DNA from: an uncultured Gammaproteobacteria bacterium
GTDB lineage: Bacteria > Pseudomonadota > Gammaproteobacteria > DATFLG01
Assembly (NCBI GenBank): GCA_963830105.1
Contig: CAWHLH010000003.1
Coordinates: 323,931 to 387,930 of the forward strand
Direction: 5' to 3'
DNA: 64,000 nucleotides
This document shows, one piece after another, positions 9,537-19,284 of the stretch (positions are counted from its first letter, which is position 1; each line of letters begins with the position of its first letter). A program made the position numbers and the translations under genes. Under the pieces are notes generated by a model. It was not told the DNA's origin. It saw nothing but the letters and a program-made list of their open reading frames with translations, and searched no databases.

Positions 9537-10277
9537 TCAAAGCGTGGCGACGACCTGTTCCAGCAGACGACGGACTTTTTCCATGCCCGCCGACAGGTGG
9601 CGATCGATATCCGCCATGGTGATGGTTCCGTTACTGCGCCCTGCCGCCCAGTTGGCAATCACCGCGCAGGTCCCATAGCAAAGCTCCGCTTCGCGGGCCA
9701 GGGCGGCTTCCGGCATGCCGGTCATGCCCACCATGTCGCAGCCGTCCCGCTCCATGCGATCCACCTCCGCCGCCGTCTCCAGCCGCGGTCCCTGGGTGGC
9801 GCCGTACACGCCGTCCTCAATGGCGCCCAACTCCGCTGCCCGGGACGAGCGCACGAGCGTTGCGCGCAAATCCTGACAGTAGGGCTCGGTGAAATCGATA
9901 TGGGTGACCTGACTGAGATCGCCCTGAAAATAGGTATGCTGGCGCCCAAATGTGTAATCGATGATCTGATGGGGGAAGGCGATCAGCCCGGGCGCCATAT
10001 CGGCGCGGATACCGCCCACCGCCGCCACCGCAACCACCTGTTCGGCGCCGGCCTGCTTCAGGGCCCAGATATTGGCGCGATAGTTGACCTCGTGAGGAGG
10101 AATGGTATGCCCGTAGCCATGGCGGGCGAGGAAAATCACTTCCCGGCCACCCAGCACGCCATGGATAAGCGGCCCCGATGGTTCACCGTAAGGCGTGTGC
10201 ACGACCTCGCGACGCTGAATCTCCAGGGTCTTGAGCTTGGTCAGCCCGGTGCCGCCAATGATCGCCAGTTGCGCCAT
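9537..10277 (-). CDS. mtnP: S-methyl-5'-thioadenosine phosphorylase
   Basis: 246 aa. PNP/MTAP family motifs (AIIGGTGL, EVIFLARHGYGHTIPPHEVNYRANIWALK). Confidence 0.9.
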   Translation of the reverse strand: MAQLAIIGGTGLTKLKTLEIQRREVVHTPYGEPSGPLIHGVLGGREVIFLARHGYGHTIPPHEVNYRANIWALKQAGAEQVVAVAAVGGIRADMAPGLIAFPHQIIDYTFGRQHTYFQGDLSQVTHIDFTEPYCQDLRATLVRSSRAAELGAIEDGVYGATQGPRLETAAEVDRMERDGCDMVGMTGMPEAALAREAELCYGTCAVIANWAAGRSNGTITMADIDRHLSAGMEKVRRLLEQVVATL

Positions 10278-10297
10278 GATGTCCTTTCCAAAGTCGG

Positions 10298-10852
10298 CTA
10301 AAGGCCGCGCACCGCAAAGATACCGGCAGCGTTACGCAGGTAGCCCTTGTAGTCCATACCGTAGCCGAACACGTAGCGGTCGCCGACCTCCACGCCCACA
10401 AAGTCGGCATGAATCGGTTCCGGGCGACGGTCGTGGTGCTTGTCGACCAGCACGGCACTGTAGACTTCCCTGGCACCCTCCTGCCGGCAAAAGCTCACAA
10501 TCGCACCCAGGGTGAGTCCCTCGTCGAGGATATCGTCGACCACCAGCACGCTGCGATCCTTCAGATCGAAAGTCGGCCGCGTGATCCAGTGCAGCTGCCC
10601 ACCGCTGGTCTCGCCGCGATAGCGGGTGGCATGCAGATAATCCAGTTGCAGGGGAAAGTCCAGACGGGTAATGAGATGACCGGCGGGCACCAGCCCGCCG
10701 GTCATCACGCATAGGACGATGGGATTGCGTTCACCCAGAGTACCGGTTATCTGCGCCGCCATACGATCCAGTGCAGCGTCGACTTCAGCCGCGGTATACA
10801 ACCGGTCCGCTTCGGAAAGAACGGTACGGACTTGATCGGCGGTGACCGTCAT
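10298..10852 (-). CDS. hpt: Hypoxanthine-guanine phosphoribosyltransferase
   Basis: 184 aa. PRTase PRPP-binding motif VLVVDDILDEGLTLG. Confidence 0.9.
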   Translation of the reverse strand: MTVTADQVRTVLSEADRLYTAAEVDAALDRMAAQITGTLGERNPIVLCVMTGGLVPAGHLITRLDFPLQLDYLHATRYRGETSGGQLHWITRPTFDLKDRSVLVVDDILDEGLTLGAIVSFCRQEGAREVYSAVLVDKHHDRRPEPIHADFVGVEVGDRYVFGYGMDYKGYLRNAAGIFAVRGL

Positions 10853-10872
10853 CCCCAGGGGATCGTCGCCGC

Positions 10873-11247
10873 TTAGTAGGTGAAGGTGACGGTGTCGTCG
10901 TCCATGGCCTCGCTGATCACGTAGGCCCCGCCGACGGTTTCCTCGATTTCGGGGATAAGATCGTCACCCCACAACTCCAGGGTAGGCGTGCAGACCTTGA
11001 ACTTCACACCCGCTTCGTGGGCATCCTTGATGAAGTCGTAGACGCTCTTGGGGCTGCCTTCCTGAACAAAGAGTTTTTCGGCCACACCCTTCTTGGCCAG
11101 TTCCCCGGAACGTCCGGTCATCACCACCTCCACGTCGTACTCCATGGCGGCGGCGACAGTGGCCTGAAAGAACGGCGCACCGAGCTCGGACCCATTGGAC
11201 GGGTCGGTGTTCACCATCACGATTAGAAGCTTGTCGGCCATACTCAA
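10873..11247 (-). CDS. DsrE/DsrF-like family protein
   Basis: 124 aa. DsrE-fold-like; third DsrE-family paralog in the window. Confidence 0.6.
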   Translation of the reverse strand: MSMADKLLIVMVNTDPSNGSELGAPFFQATVAAAMEYDVEVVMTGRSGELAKKGVAEKLFVQEGSPKSVYDFIKDAHEAGVKFKVCTPTLELWGDDLIPEIEETVGGAYVISEAMDDDTVTFTY

Positions 11248-11365
11248 CTTCTCCAGAGATAATGTATGTATCGGTTGGATTCACCTTGCGAAGACCGGCA
11301 ATTATAGAGATGTACCCCCCACAACACCACCCCGGCCCCGCCAATAACCCAGTGCCCATGGGGGT

Positions 11366-12313
11366 TTAACCGTCGACAGCCAACGCATTTTCGATGGCGG
11401 GCGCGGCGTTGACTGCACACTCCCTGCCGGCCGCGACAGCCTCGTGTCCCCGATGGAATTCCATCAGTCCGATCTGGCTCAACCGTGGAGTCAGCAGCAC
11501 GTCCGGCGGGTCGCCGGCCATGCGGCTGCGGCTGATCCGTACCTGCATGATGTGCACGCTGCGGGTCACGACATCCAGCAGCGACGGCCCTTCCTGCTTC
11601 TCGGTGGTACTGCCCCACCAGTCCTTCCACCGCCGGGTCTGGTCGCGCACTGCACTGACCACCAGTGCGCCCAGGCCTTCGGAGGGCTGTTCAGACGAGC
11701 CGGCCGAAAGCTCCGTTTCTTCGCTGTCGTCCTGCCCCCGGATCCGCGGGCCCAGGCGGTCCGCATTCAGATCCACCGCAATCACCACGTCTGCACCCAG
11801 GGCCCGGCACAGGGAAACCGGCACGGGATTGACCAGTCCGCCATCCACCAGCCAGCGCCCGTCGTGACGTATCGGGGTGAACAGGCCTGGCAGGGCCGCC
11901 GACGCCCTCACCGCGTCCAGCAAGTCGCCGGTGCGCAACCAGATCTCCTGGCCGGTTTCCAGATCGGTCGCCACGGCGCCGTAGGCACAGGCAAGTTCCT
12001 CGATGGAAGCGGCGGCGAAACGCGCCTGGAAGAAGTCGAACAGCTTCCGGCCGCGAATCAAACCGCCATCGAAGCTCACGTCCAGATAGCTCACCACATC
12101 CTGCCACTGCAGGCCCTCGACCCAGTCGTGCAGCCGCCGCAACTGGCCGACAGCCTGAGCGGCTCCCACCAGGGCACCGATGGATGTGCCGCATACGACA
12201 GTCGGCTCGACGCCGCGCTCGGCCAGCCACTGCAACACACCGATATGCGCCCAACCGCGGGCGGAACCGCCGCCCAGCGCAACGCCTATGCGTGGCAGGC
12301 GGGTATCGCTCAT
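11366..12313 (-). CDS. Patatin-like phospholipase family protein
   Basis: Internal ATG at 12313 (MSDTRLPRIGVALGGGSARGWAHIGV...GTSIGALVGA). GxSxG lipase motif and oxyanion GGG motif. Confidence 0.85.
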   Translation of the reverse strand: MSDTRLPRIGVALGGGSARGWAHIGVLQWLAERGVEPTVVCGTSIGALVGAAQAVGQLRRLHDWVEGLQWQDVVSYLDVSFDGGLIRGRKLFDFFQARFAAASIEELACAYGAVATDLETGQEIWLRTGDLLDAVRASAALPGLFTPIRHDGRWLVDGGLVNPVPVSLCRALGADVVIAVDLNADRLGPRIRGQDDSEETELSAGSSEQPSEGLGALVVSAVRDQTRRWKDWWGSTTEKQEGPSLLDVVTRSVHIMQVRISRSRMAGDPPDVLLTPRLSQIGLMEFHRGHEAVAAGRECAVNAAPAIENALAVDG

Positions 12314-12371
12314 CCCGGCTCGGCTCTGTCGCATGCCACCTCTCCACGGGCGGACCGTCCGCGCACGGCGC

Positions 12372-13532
12372 TCAGCCCGATCGCACCCGCGCAGCGGACG
12401 GCCCCGATACCGGACTCTCGGCGCCAACGCCGGACAGCTGCAGGCCTTCCGGCACATGCACCGTGGAGGTGGGGAAAGCGATCTCCGCGCCATGCTCACG
12501 AATGATGTTCTGTATCCGGACCAATACGTCCTGCTTCACGACGTGGTACTCGGTCCATACCGTGGTGCGGGTGAAGCAGTACACGAAAAAGTCCAGGGAC
12601 GATGGTCCGAACGCGTTGAAGTTGACCATCAGTGTCTGGGCCGAATCGATGTCCGCGTGGGACATCAGCATGTCCTTCACGTCCGCCACGATGCCTTCCA
12701 TCTGGTCGGCGTCGTCATAGCGGATGCCGATGGTCTCGTAGATACGCCGATGACTCATGCGCGAAGGATTCTCCACGGCGATGCTCATGAACGTAGAGTT
12801 GGGCACGTAGACGGGGCGCTTGTCGAAAGTCCGTATCCGGGTCAGACGCCAGCCGATATGTTCCACCGTTCCTTCGATGCTGCGGTCCGGGGAACGTATC
12901 CATTCGCCCATCTGGAAGGGTCTGTCCAGATACACCATCAGCCCGCCAAAGAAGTTGGCGAGCAGGTCCTTGGCCGCGAAGCCCACGGCGATGCCGCCGA
13001 TTCCGCCAAAGGCCAGTACGCCTGAAATACTGAATCCCAGGGTCTGCAGCACCACAAGGGAGGCGGTGATCAGTATCGAGGCCCGCACCAGCTTGCTGAG
13101 GGCGTCCACGGTAGTGGGATCGTAAGGGTCCCGCTCGGCTTCGTGGCGGGCGACGACGTTGTGCTGCACGTTGGTCACCAGCCGCAGCAGAAACCAGGCG
13201 ATGGTGGCGACCACGCCCACATCCCGCAAGGGGGGCACCGCCGCGAAAATGGCGGCAGCGGTCTCCTTGTGGACGATATCAGCCGCAAAGGCGATGCCCA
13301 CGATCCAGATCAGCACGCTCAGCGGCTTGCTCACCGCATCCACCAGCGCGTCATCCCAGGGCGTACGGGTGCGTTGCAGCTGGCGGTACAGCCGCGCCAC
13401 CACCAGCCGCTGCAGGAGATTCAGCAGCAGCACGCCGAATACCACCACGAACACCTGCACGATCCAGGTGTTGTCGCCACTCCAGCTGCGCAGCGCGCCG
13501 AATACGCTGTTCAAACTCGCGGGCAGGTCCAT
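12372..13532 (-). CDS. Mechanosensitive ion channel (MscS family)
   Basis: 386 aa. N-terminal TM helices followed by MscS beta-domain region (GGIGGIAVGFAAKDLLANFFGGLMVYLDRPFQMGEWI). Confidence 0.85.
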   Translation of the reverse strand: MDLPASLNSVFGALRSWSGDNTWIVQVFVVVFGVLLLNLLQRLVVARLYRQLQRTRTPWDDALVDAVSKPLSVLIWIVGIAFAADIVHKETAAAIFAAVPPLRDVGVVATIAWFLLRLVTNVQHNVVARHEAERDPYDPTTVDALSKLVRASILITASLVVLQTLGFSISGVLAFGGIGGIAVGFAAKDLLANFFGGLMVYLDRPFQMGEWIRSPDRSIEGTVEHIGWRLTRIRTFDKRPVYVPNSTFMSIAVENPSRMSHRRIYETIGIRYDDADQMEGIVADVKDMLMSHADIDSAQTLMVNFNAFGPSSLDFFVYCFTRTTVWTEYHVVKQDVLVRIQNIIREHGAEIAFPTSTVHVPEGLQLSGVGAESPVSGPSAARVRSG

Positions 13533-13598
13533 AGTCCACTCGTACGATAGTTGGAATCTACATCAACAAAAGCATGCAAGATAATGTCATTAATAGTA

Positions 13599-14645
13599 TT
13601 AAAGATCCATGTCAAGCAGGGGCGCATCATCGTAGCCATGCACCATGGCGACTGCGTCCTGCCACCGCTGCAGCGCGTGTAGCGTTTCCCAGTCCGGCCC
13701 GGCACGCCCGTGCATGCGGGCCAGCCGCGCATGGCTGGCAGGCTCATCATACCCGTCGAGCCCGTCCACCACAGCAGCCGCGTCGTCGGGGGCGTTGCAC
13801 ACCAGCACCATGTCGCAGCCGGCGCCCAGCGCCGCCCGCGCTCGACTGGTGCAGTCGCCCAGTCCGGCGGCCGCTCCCATGCTGAGGTCGTCGCTGAAGA
13901 TTGCGCCCTGAAAACCCAGGCGGCTGCGCAGCACCGACTGCAGCCATATGCGGGAAAACCCGGCCGGCGCGTCATCCACGCTCGCATACACCACATGGGC
14001 GGCCATCACACCCGCCATGCCCGCCTGTACCAGACGTTCGAAGGGCACCAGGTCTTCCAGCTCGATGTCGGCGTAGCTGCGATGATCCACGGGCAACGCC
14101 ACATGGGAATCCACATCGACGGCGCCGTGGCCCGGAAAGTGTTTGCCGGTGGCCTGCATCCCCGCCGCCAGCATGCCGGCCTGGTAGGCTCGTGCCAGAT
14201 CCGCCACCGCCTCCGGATCCCTGTGCAGGGCGCGATCCCCGATCACCGGGCACAATCCCCGATCCACATCCAGTACCGGCGCGAAGCTGATGTCCACCCC
14301 GGCCGCGCGCAGTTCAGCCGCCATCAGCCAGCCGGTCACCCGCGCCAGCTGGCGGGCCCGCTCCCGGTCGCGCTCGTAGACCAGCCCCAACTGACCCACC
14401 GGCGGCAGGCGCGTGAACCCGTCCCTGAAGCGCTGCACCCGGCCACCCTCCTGATCCACGGCGATCAGCAGCCGCGGCTGGCGGGCGGCGTGGATCTGGG
14501 CTGTCAGCTCGAGCAGCTGCGCCGGTGATTCGTAGTTGCGGGCGAAAAGGATCACGCCCCCCACCTGGGGATGGGCGAGCAGCTCGCGCTCCTCCGGCTG
14601 CAGGCCGGTGCCGCGCAGATCGACCATGACAGGACCCAATGACAT
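13599..14645 (-). CDS. nagZ: Beta-N-acetylhexosaminidase NagZ
   Basis: Internal ATG at 14645 (cat at 14643-14645). GH3 N-terminal domain motifs (LIAVDQEGGRVQRF, KHFPGHGAVDVDSH). Confidence 0.9.
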   Translation of the reverse strand: MSLGPVMVDLRGTGLQPEERELLAHPQVGGVILFARNYESPAQLLELTAQIHAARQPRLLIAVDQEGGRVQRFRDGFTRLPPVGQLGLVYERDRERARQLARVTGWLMAAELRAAGVDISFAPVLDVDRGLCPVIGDRALHRDPEAVADLARAYQAGMLAAGMQATGKHFPGHGAVDVDSHVALPVDHRSYADIELEDLVPFERLVQAGMAGVMAAHVVYASVDDAPAGFSRIWLQSVLRSRLGFQGAIFSDDLSMGAAAGLGDCTSRARAALGAGCDMVLVCNAPDDAAAVVDGLDGYDEPASHARLARMHGRAGPDWETLHALQRWQDAVAMVHGYDDAPLLDMDL

Positions 14646-14835
14646 AAGCAGCTCTCTCCCGGAATGTCGAAAAAGTCCGTCCACGGCCTTTCTCAACGTG
14701 CTACGCCGCACCCCATGGACGCGGCCCGCTCGGCCGATCACGCCTGTGCAAAGTGTGTCTGGGCACCGACAGGTCCGCTCCCTGGGTGCCGCGACCGACC
14801 ATTTTCCAACGGTGCGTCAAACCCACTGCAGGCCT

Positions 14836-15636
14836 TCACAGCCGGCGACGGCGCACATCCAGCCAGTCCCGCAGACGATCCCCCAACAGATTGATCGCGA
14901 GAATGACCAGCAGCATCGCGACGCCCGGCGCCAGCACCAGATGGGGCGCCACCAGCAGATAGCGGGTGCCATCCCGGATCATGCTACCCCATGAGGCGGC
15001 CGGCGGCTGTACTCCCAGGCCCAGAAAGGACAACCCGGCCTCGGCGATCACCACGCCGGCGACGCCGAAGGTGGCCTCCACGATGAGCGGAGCGCTGATC
15101 ATCGGCAGCAGATGCCGACGCATGATACGCCACTGGCCGGCGCCCAGCGCCTGGGCCGCCAGCACATGCTCCCGGTGTTGGACCGAAAGCACCTGGGCCC
15201 GCGCCAGGCGCGCATAACCCACCCAGCCGACCGCAGTCAGGGCCAGCACCACGTTGTCGCTACCGGGCCCCAGAATTCCGGCCAGAGCGATAGCCAGGAG
15301 GATACCCGGAAAGGCCAGGAAGACGTCCGTCACCAGCACCGTGACGCGATCCCACCAGCCGCCCAGGTAGCCGCTCACCGTGCCGACCAGTGTACCCATC
15401 ACCACCGACAGACCGACCACCCACACCGCCACCAGAAAAGACGTGCGGGCGCCAATGACCAGCCGGGTCGCCACCGACCGCCCCAAGTCGTCGGCGCCCA
15501 GCCACACCGCCGTCGACGGCGGGGCCAGGATACGCTGCAGGTGAATGGCATTGGGATGCGGCGCGAAACTCGGCCCCACCAGGGCCATGGCGGCCCAGGC
15601 CACCAGAACCAGCACGGGCAGCGCCGCGCCCCTCAT
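14836..15636 (-). CDS. ABC transporter permease (peptide/opine/nickel family, DppC/YejE-like)
   Basis: Internal ATG at 15636 overlapping the upstream permease stop (ATGA). ~267 aa with ABC-permease membrane domain. Confidence 0.85.
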   Translation of the reverse strand: MRGAALPVLVLVAWAAMALVGPSFAPHPNAIHLQRILAPPSTAVWLGADDLGRSVATRLVIGARTSFLVAVWVVGLSVVMGTLVGTVSGYLGGWWDRVTVLVTDVFLAFPGILLAIALAGILGPGSDNVVLALTAVGWVGYARLARAQVLSVQHREHVLAAQALGAGQWRIMRRHLLPMISAPLIVEATFGVAGVVIAEAGLSFLGLGVQPPAASWGSMIRDGTRYLLVAPHLVLAPGVAMLLVILAINLLGDRLRDWLDVRRRRL

Positions 15637-16562
15637 CCCCGTGCGCCCAGGCGGATGCGCGGGTCGGCCCAGGCATAGACCAGATCGGTGAGCAGATTGA
15701 CCACCACGTAGGTGAGGCTGATGACCAGCACGCAGGCCTGCACCACCGGATAGTCCCGCTGCTGGATGGCCTGCACCGTGAGCAGCCCGATACCGGGCCA
15801 GGAAAACACCGTCTCCGTGATGACCGCACCGGCCAGCAGGCCGCCCAATTGCAGGCCGAGCAGGGTGATCACCGGCAGCAGTGCGTTGCGCAATCCGTGA
15901 CCCAGCACCACGGCGAGCGGACCGAGGCCCTTGGCGCGGGCGGTGCGGATATAGTCCTCGCCCAGCACTTCCAGCAACGTACTGCGCACCATGCGCGAGA
16001 GGATCGCAGCCAACGCCGTGCCCAGGGTGAGCGCCGGCAGCACCACCGAACCGGGCGCCGAGCGGCCGCTCACCGGCAGCCACCCCAACCAGAGGGAGAA
16101 GACCAGGATCAACACCGGCCCCATCCAGAAATTTGGAATCGACACGCCCAACAGGGAAAAACCCATGGCGCCGTAATCCCACGCCGTGCCCTGGCGCACT
16201 GCGGCGACGATGCCCAGGGGAAACGCCAGCACCAGCGCTACCGCCAGGGACACCGCAGCCAGCTCCGCGGTGGCCGGCAGCCGTTCGCGCAACAACTCGG
16301 TGATGGGACGGTGGGACTGCAGGGAGCGGCCCAGGTCCAGATGCCCCAACCGGTCCAGGTAGTGCACCAGTTGCATGCCCACCGGCTGGTCCAGGCCCAG
16401 GGCGTGGCGAAGCGCCGCCCGGTCCGCCGGCTGCGCCGATTCCCCCAGCATGACGTCCACGGGATCCCCCGGCACCAGATGGATCAGCAGAAACACCAGG
16501 CAGGCAACGCCCAGCACCACCAGGGCGGCACTGAGCAGCCGCTGTCCCAACAGGCTCAGCAT
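15633..16562 (-). CDS. ABC transporter permease (DppB/YejB-like)
   Basis: 309 aa. Typical N-terminal anchor and EAA-like permease region. Confidence 0.85.
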   Translation of the reverse strand: MLSLLGQRLLSAALVVLGVACLVFLLIHLVPGDPVDVMLGESAQPADRAALRHALGLDQPVGMQLVHYLDRLGHLDLGRSLQSHRPITELLRERLPATAELAAVSLAVALVLAFPLGIVAAVRQGTAWDYGAMGFSLLGVSIPNFWMGPVLILVFSLWLGWLPVSGRSAPGSVVLPALTLGTALAAILSRMVRSTLLEVLGEDYIRTARAKGLGPLAVVLGHGLRNALLPVITLLGLQLGGLLAGAVITETVFSWPGIGLLTVQAIQQRDYPVVQACVLVISLTYVVVNLLTDLVYAWADPRIRLGARG

Positions 16563-16596
16563 GGCGCCACGGCTCCGGCGGGACGGCTGGACAGGC

Positions 16597-17127
16597 TCAC
16601 CGTCTCCCCCCTGCCTCGGCGATCCCCGCGCCCAGGGGAGCTTCCTGAATCAACACCCGGGTGCCGCTTGGGACGCGCTCGAACAGCTGAAGGACGTCGG
16701 CGTTGCGCATCTTGATGCAGCCGTGGGAACTGGGCACACCCATCTCATCCTGGTCCGGACAGCCGTGGATGTAGATATAGCGACGCATGGTGTCCACCAC
16801 GCCGAAGCGGTTGCGGCCGGGCTCAAGACCGCTCAACCAGAGAATGCGGGTGAGTATCCAGTCTCTGTGCGGCTGCTCGTTCTTCAGGCTCGGGCTGTAG
16901 ACTTCGCCCGTGGGCCGGCGCCCCACGAACACGGTATTCACCGCACAGCCCGCCCCGATTCTGGCCCTCACCTGATGCCAGCCGCGCGGCGTGCACTCGC
17001 TGCCGTTGCGCTCGCCCACGCCGTTGTGGGCGGTGGCGACCGGGCAGTCCATCAGCACCTCGCCGCCGCGCACCAGCTGCAGGCGCTGCTCGTCGGTGCT
17101 GATGCGTATCAGCAGGGAATCCGTCAT
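16597..17127 (-). CDS. L,D-transpeptidase family protein (YkuD domain)
   Basis: Internal ATG at 17127 gives 176 aa. Catalytic motif HGCPDQDEMGVPSSHGCIKM. Sits between the substrate-binding protein and the permeases of the ABC operon. Confidence 0.8.
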   Translation of the reverse strand: MTDSLLIRISTDEQRLQLVRGGEVLMDCPVATAHNGVGERNGSECTPRGWHQVRARIGAGCAVNTVFVGRRPTGEVYSPSLKNEQPHRDWILTRILWLSGLEPGRNRFGVVDTMRRYIYIHGCPDQDEMGVPSSHGCIKMRNADVLQLFERVPSGTRVLIQEAPLGAGIAEAGGRR

Positions 17128-17180
17128 TTGCGTCACTCGATATGTGCTGGCGGCCGCTGTCCGCCTGACTCGCCTGAGGG

Positions 17181-18749
17181 TCATTGTGCCGCAACAGCGC
17201 GCGCCGCGTCGCCTGCCGATACCGTGCGCCGGTGGACCCAGCGCAGGCCGTCGTAATTGCCGTCGTTCGCCAGCCGGTAGCCAGCGATGTCGGAGCGACA
17301 CACATAGATCTGGTCTTCGTACCACAACGGCACATAGGGCAGAACGGCCAGCAACCGCGCCTGCACCCGCTGATAATCCGCCGCCTGCTCGGCCAGACTG
17401 TCGGCCCGCCCGGCGGCGTCGATCAGGCGGTCCACCTGGGGGTCGTCGAAACGCCCCCGGTTTGCGCCCGCCGGAGGCACGGACGTGCTGTAGAAGACAT
17501 ACCGGAAGATATCCGGTGTCTTGATGCCTACCCAGGACAGGCTGTACATCTGGAAACGCCCGGCCTTGATATCGCCGTAGAACGTTCCCCAGTCGTAGCT
17601 CTGCAATCTCACATCGATCCCCACCTTGCCGAGCTCGCTTTGCAGCACGGTAGCAAGCCGCACCCGCAGCGGATCGCTGGAGGTCTTGTAGCTCAGGGCC
17701 AGACGATGGTCCGGCCCGTAGCCCGCCTGCCCGAGCAGCGCCCGGGCGCGCGCCGGATCGTACCGGTAGCCGCGCAGGCCCGGATCGCCCGCCCAATGTT
17801 CCGGCGGCAGCAGTGCGTTGGCCGGGCGGGCCGCGCCGGCCAGCACATAGCGTATGATCGCCCGACGGTCGATGGCGTGGGCAATGGCCTTGCGCACCGC
17901 CAGCTTGCGGGTCGCCGGATCTTTGAGGTTGAAACCCAGGTAGGTGAAATTGCTGCCGGGCCCCTCCTCGATGCGCACCCCGCGCTGGCCACGCAGGTAG
18001 GCGATCAACTCGGCCGGCATGTCGTTCTGCAGCATGTCGATCTCGCCGCGCAGCAGTTTGAGCGCCCGCACGGTCGGATCGCGCACTTCCAGAAATACGA
18101 AGCGCTGCCCGTCCGACAACCGCTGCAGTATCAGCCGGCTGGTCTGGGGCCAGGCGACGAAACGAAACGGCCCGCTGCCCAGGGGATGGTCCTGAAACTG
18201 GCGGCCGGCCGCGATGGCCCGCGCCGGCAGAATACCGATCACCAGATAACCGGGAAACTGCAGATCCGGATGGGACAGATAGAAATCGACTGTATCCGGA
18301 TCGACGACCTCGATGCGTTTGATCAGCGTCAGAGTCGATCGGTGGGGCGAGCCGTTGGCCGGATCCAGCACCGACTGGTAGGTCGCTTTGACGTCGCTGG
18401 CGTTGAGCCTGGAACCGTCGTGGAACCGGCGCCCTTCCCGCCCCAGACGGAAGCGGTAATGCACCGGGGTCAGGCGGGTCCAGGTCGCCAGCTCCGGTAC
18501 CGGGCGCTGCTGGGCATCGAAGCGCACCAGCCGCCGGTACAAGAGCCGGTTCACCCGGGCGGATGCCGCATCGGTGGCGTAGCGGGGATCGAGATTGACC
18601 GGCGCCTCGGATAGCCCGAAGCGCAGCGCGTTGTCCGGGGGCCGGCTGCAGGCTCCCAGCAACAGGCCCAGGACGACGAACAGCAGCCCCGTGCGCAGCA
18701 CGGCCCGCGCGCTACCAGTCCCGATACGGGTGCCGTACCAGCGATACAT
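17181..18749 (-). CDS. ABC transporter substrate-binding protein, family 5 (peptide/nickel type)
   Basis: 522 aa. Signal peptide with lipobox-like LLGAC. SBP family 5 features. Confidence 0.85.
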   Translation of the reverse strand: MYRWYGTRIGTGSARAVLRTGLLFVVLGLLLGACSRPPDNALRFGLSEAPVNLDPRYATDAASARVNRLLYRRLVRFDAQQRPVPELATWTRLTPVHYRFRLGREGRRFHDGSRLNASDVKATYQSVLDPANGSPHRSTLTLIKRIEVVDPDTVDFYLSHPDLQFPGYLVIGILPARAIAAGRQFQDHPLGSGPFRFVAWPQTSRLILQRLSDGQRFVFLEVRDPTVRALKLLRGEIDMLQNDMPAELIAYLRGQRGVRIEEGPGSNFTYLGFNLKDPATRKLAVRKAIAHAIDRRAIIRYVLAGAARPANALLPPEHWAGDPGLRGYRYDPARARALLGQAGYGPDHRLALSYKTSSDPLRVRLATVLQSELGKVGIDVRLQSYDWGTFYGDIKAGRFQMYSLSWVGIKTPDIFRYVFYSTSVPPAGANRGRFDDPQVDRLIDAAGRADSLAEQAADYQRVQARLLAVLPYVPLWYEDQIYVCRSDIAGYRLANDGNYDGLRWVHRRTVSAGDAARAVAAQ

Positions 18750-19179
18750 TGTAATAGCGCGGATCGTCGGATACCTCGTCGCCGATCCAGGGCGGGCGCT
18801 CGAACGGTTCGTCCTCCCGGGACAGTTCGATTTCGGCCACGATCAGTCCGGCGTTGTCGCCCTCGAACACATCCACTTCCCAGACATGGTCGCCATAGGG
18901 CACCAGGTAGCGGGTCTTCTCGATCAACGGCCCTTCGCGGAGGGTATCCAGCAGTTCATTGCCGTCTTCCAGGGGAATCGGATACTCGTACTCCTGGCGC
19001 TGGACGCCCAGGGTCGCGCTCTTGATGTTCAGCCGGGCCTGACCATTTCCGATCCGTACCCGCACCGAGCACGAAGGCGCGCTGGACAGATACCCCTGAC
19101 GGTAAGCCGTACCGGCGTTGGCGCCTGGCCGCCACTGGTCGCTGCACACCAGGAACTTGCGCTCGATCTCCGTTGCCAT
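18712..19179 (-). CDS. CYTH-domain protein (class IV adenylyl cyclase / triphosphatase-like)
   Basis: Internal ATG at 19179 (MATEIERKFLV...) gives 155 aa with the hallmark EIERKF N-terminus of CYTH. 3' end overlaps the SBP start by ~38 nt. Confidence 0.8.
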   Translation of the reverse strand: MATEIERKFLVCSDQWRPGANAGTAYRQGYLSSAPSCSVRVRIGNGQARLNIKSATLGVQRQEYEYPIPLEDGNELLDTLREGPLIEKTRYLVPYGDHVWEVDVFEGDNAGLIVAEIELSREDEPFERPPWIGDEVSDDPRYYNVSLVRHPYRDW

Positions 19180-19284
19180 AGCCAGTGATCCACTGCCGTT
19201 CGAGCCAGCATGGTATGCCAGCGGCTCCGGGTTGTGTAGGGTAGAGTGGTAGCGAGAGGCCCATCCAGCAAGGAGGCAAAGCGC

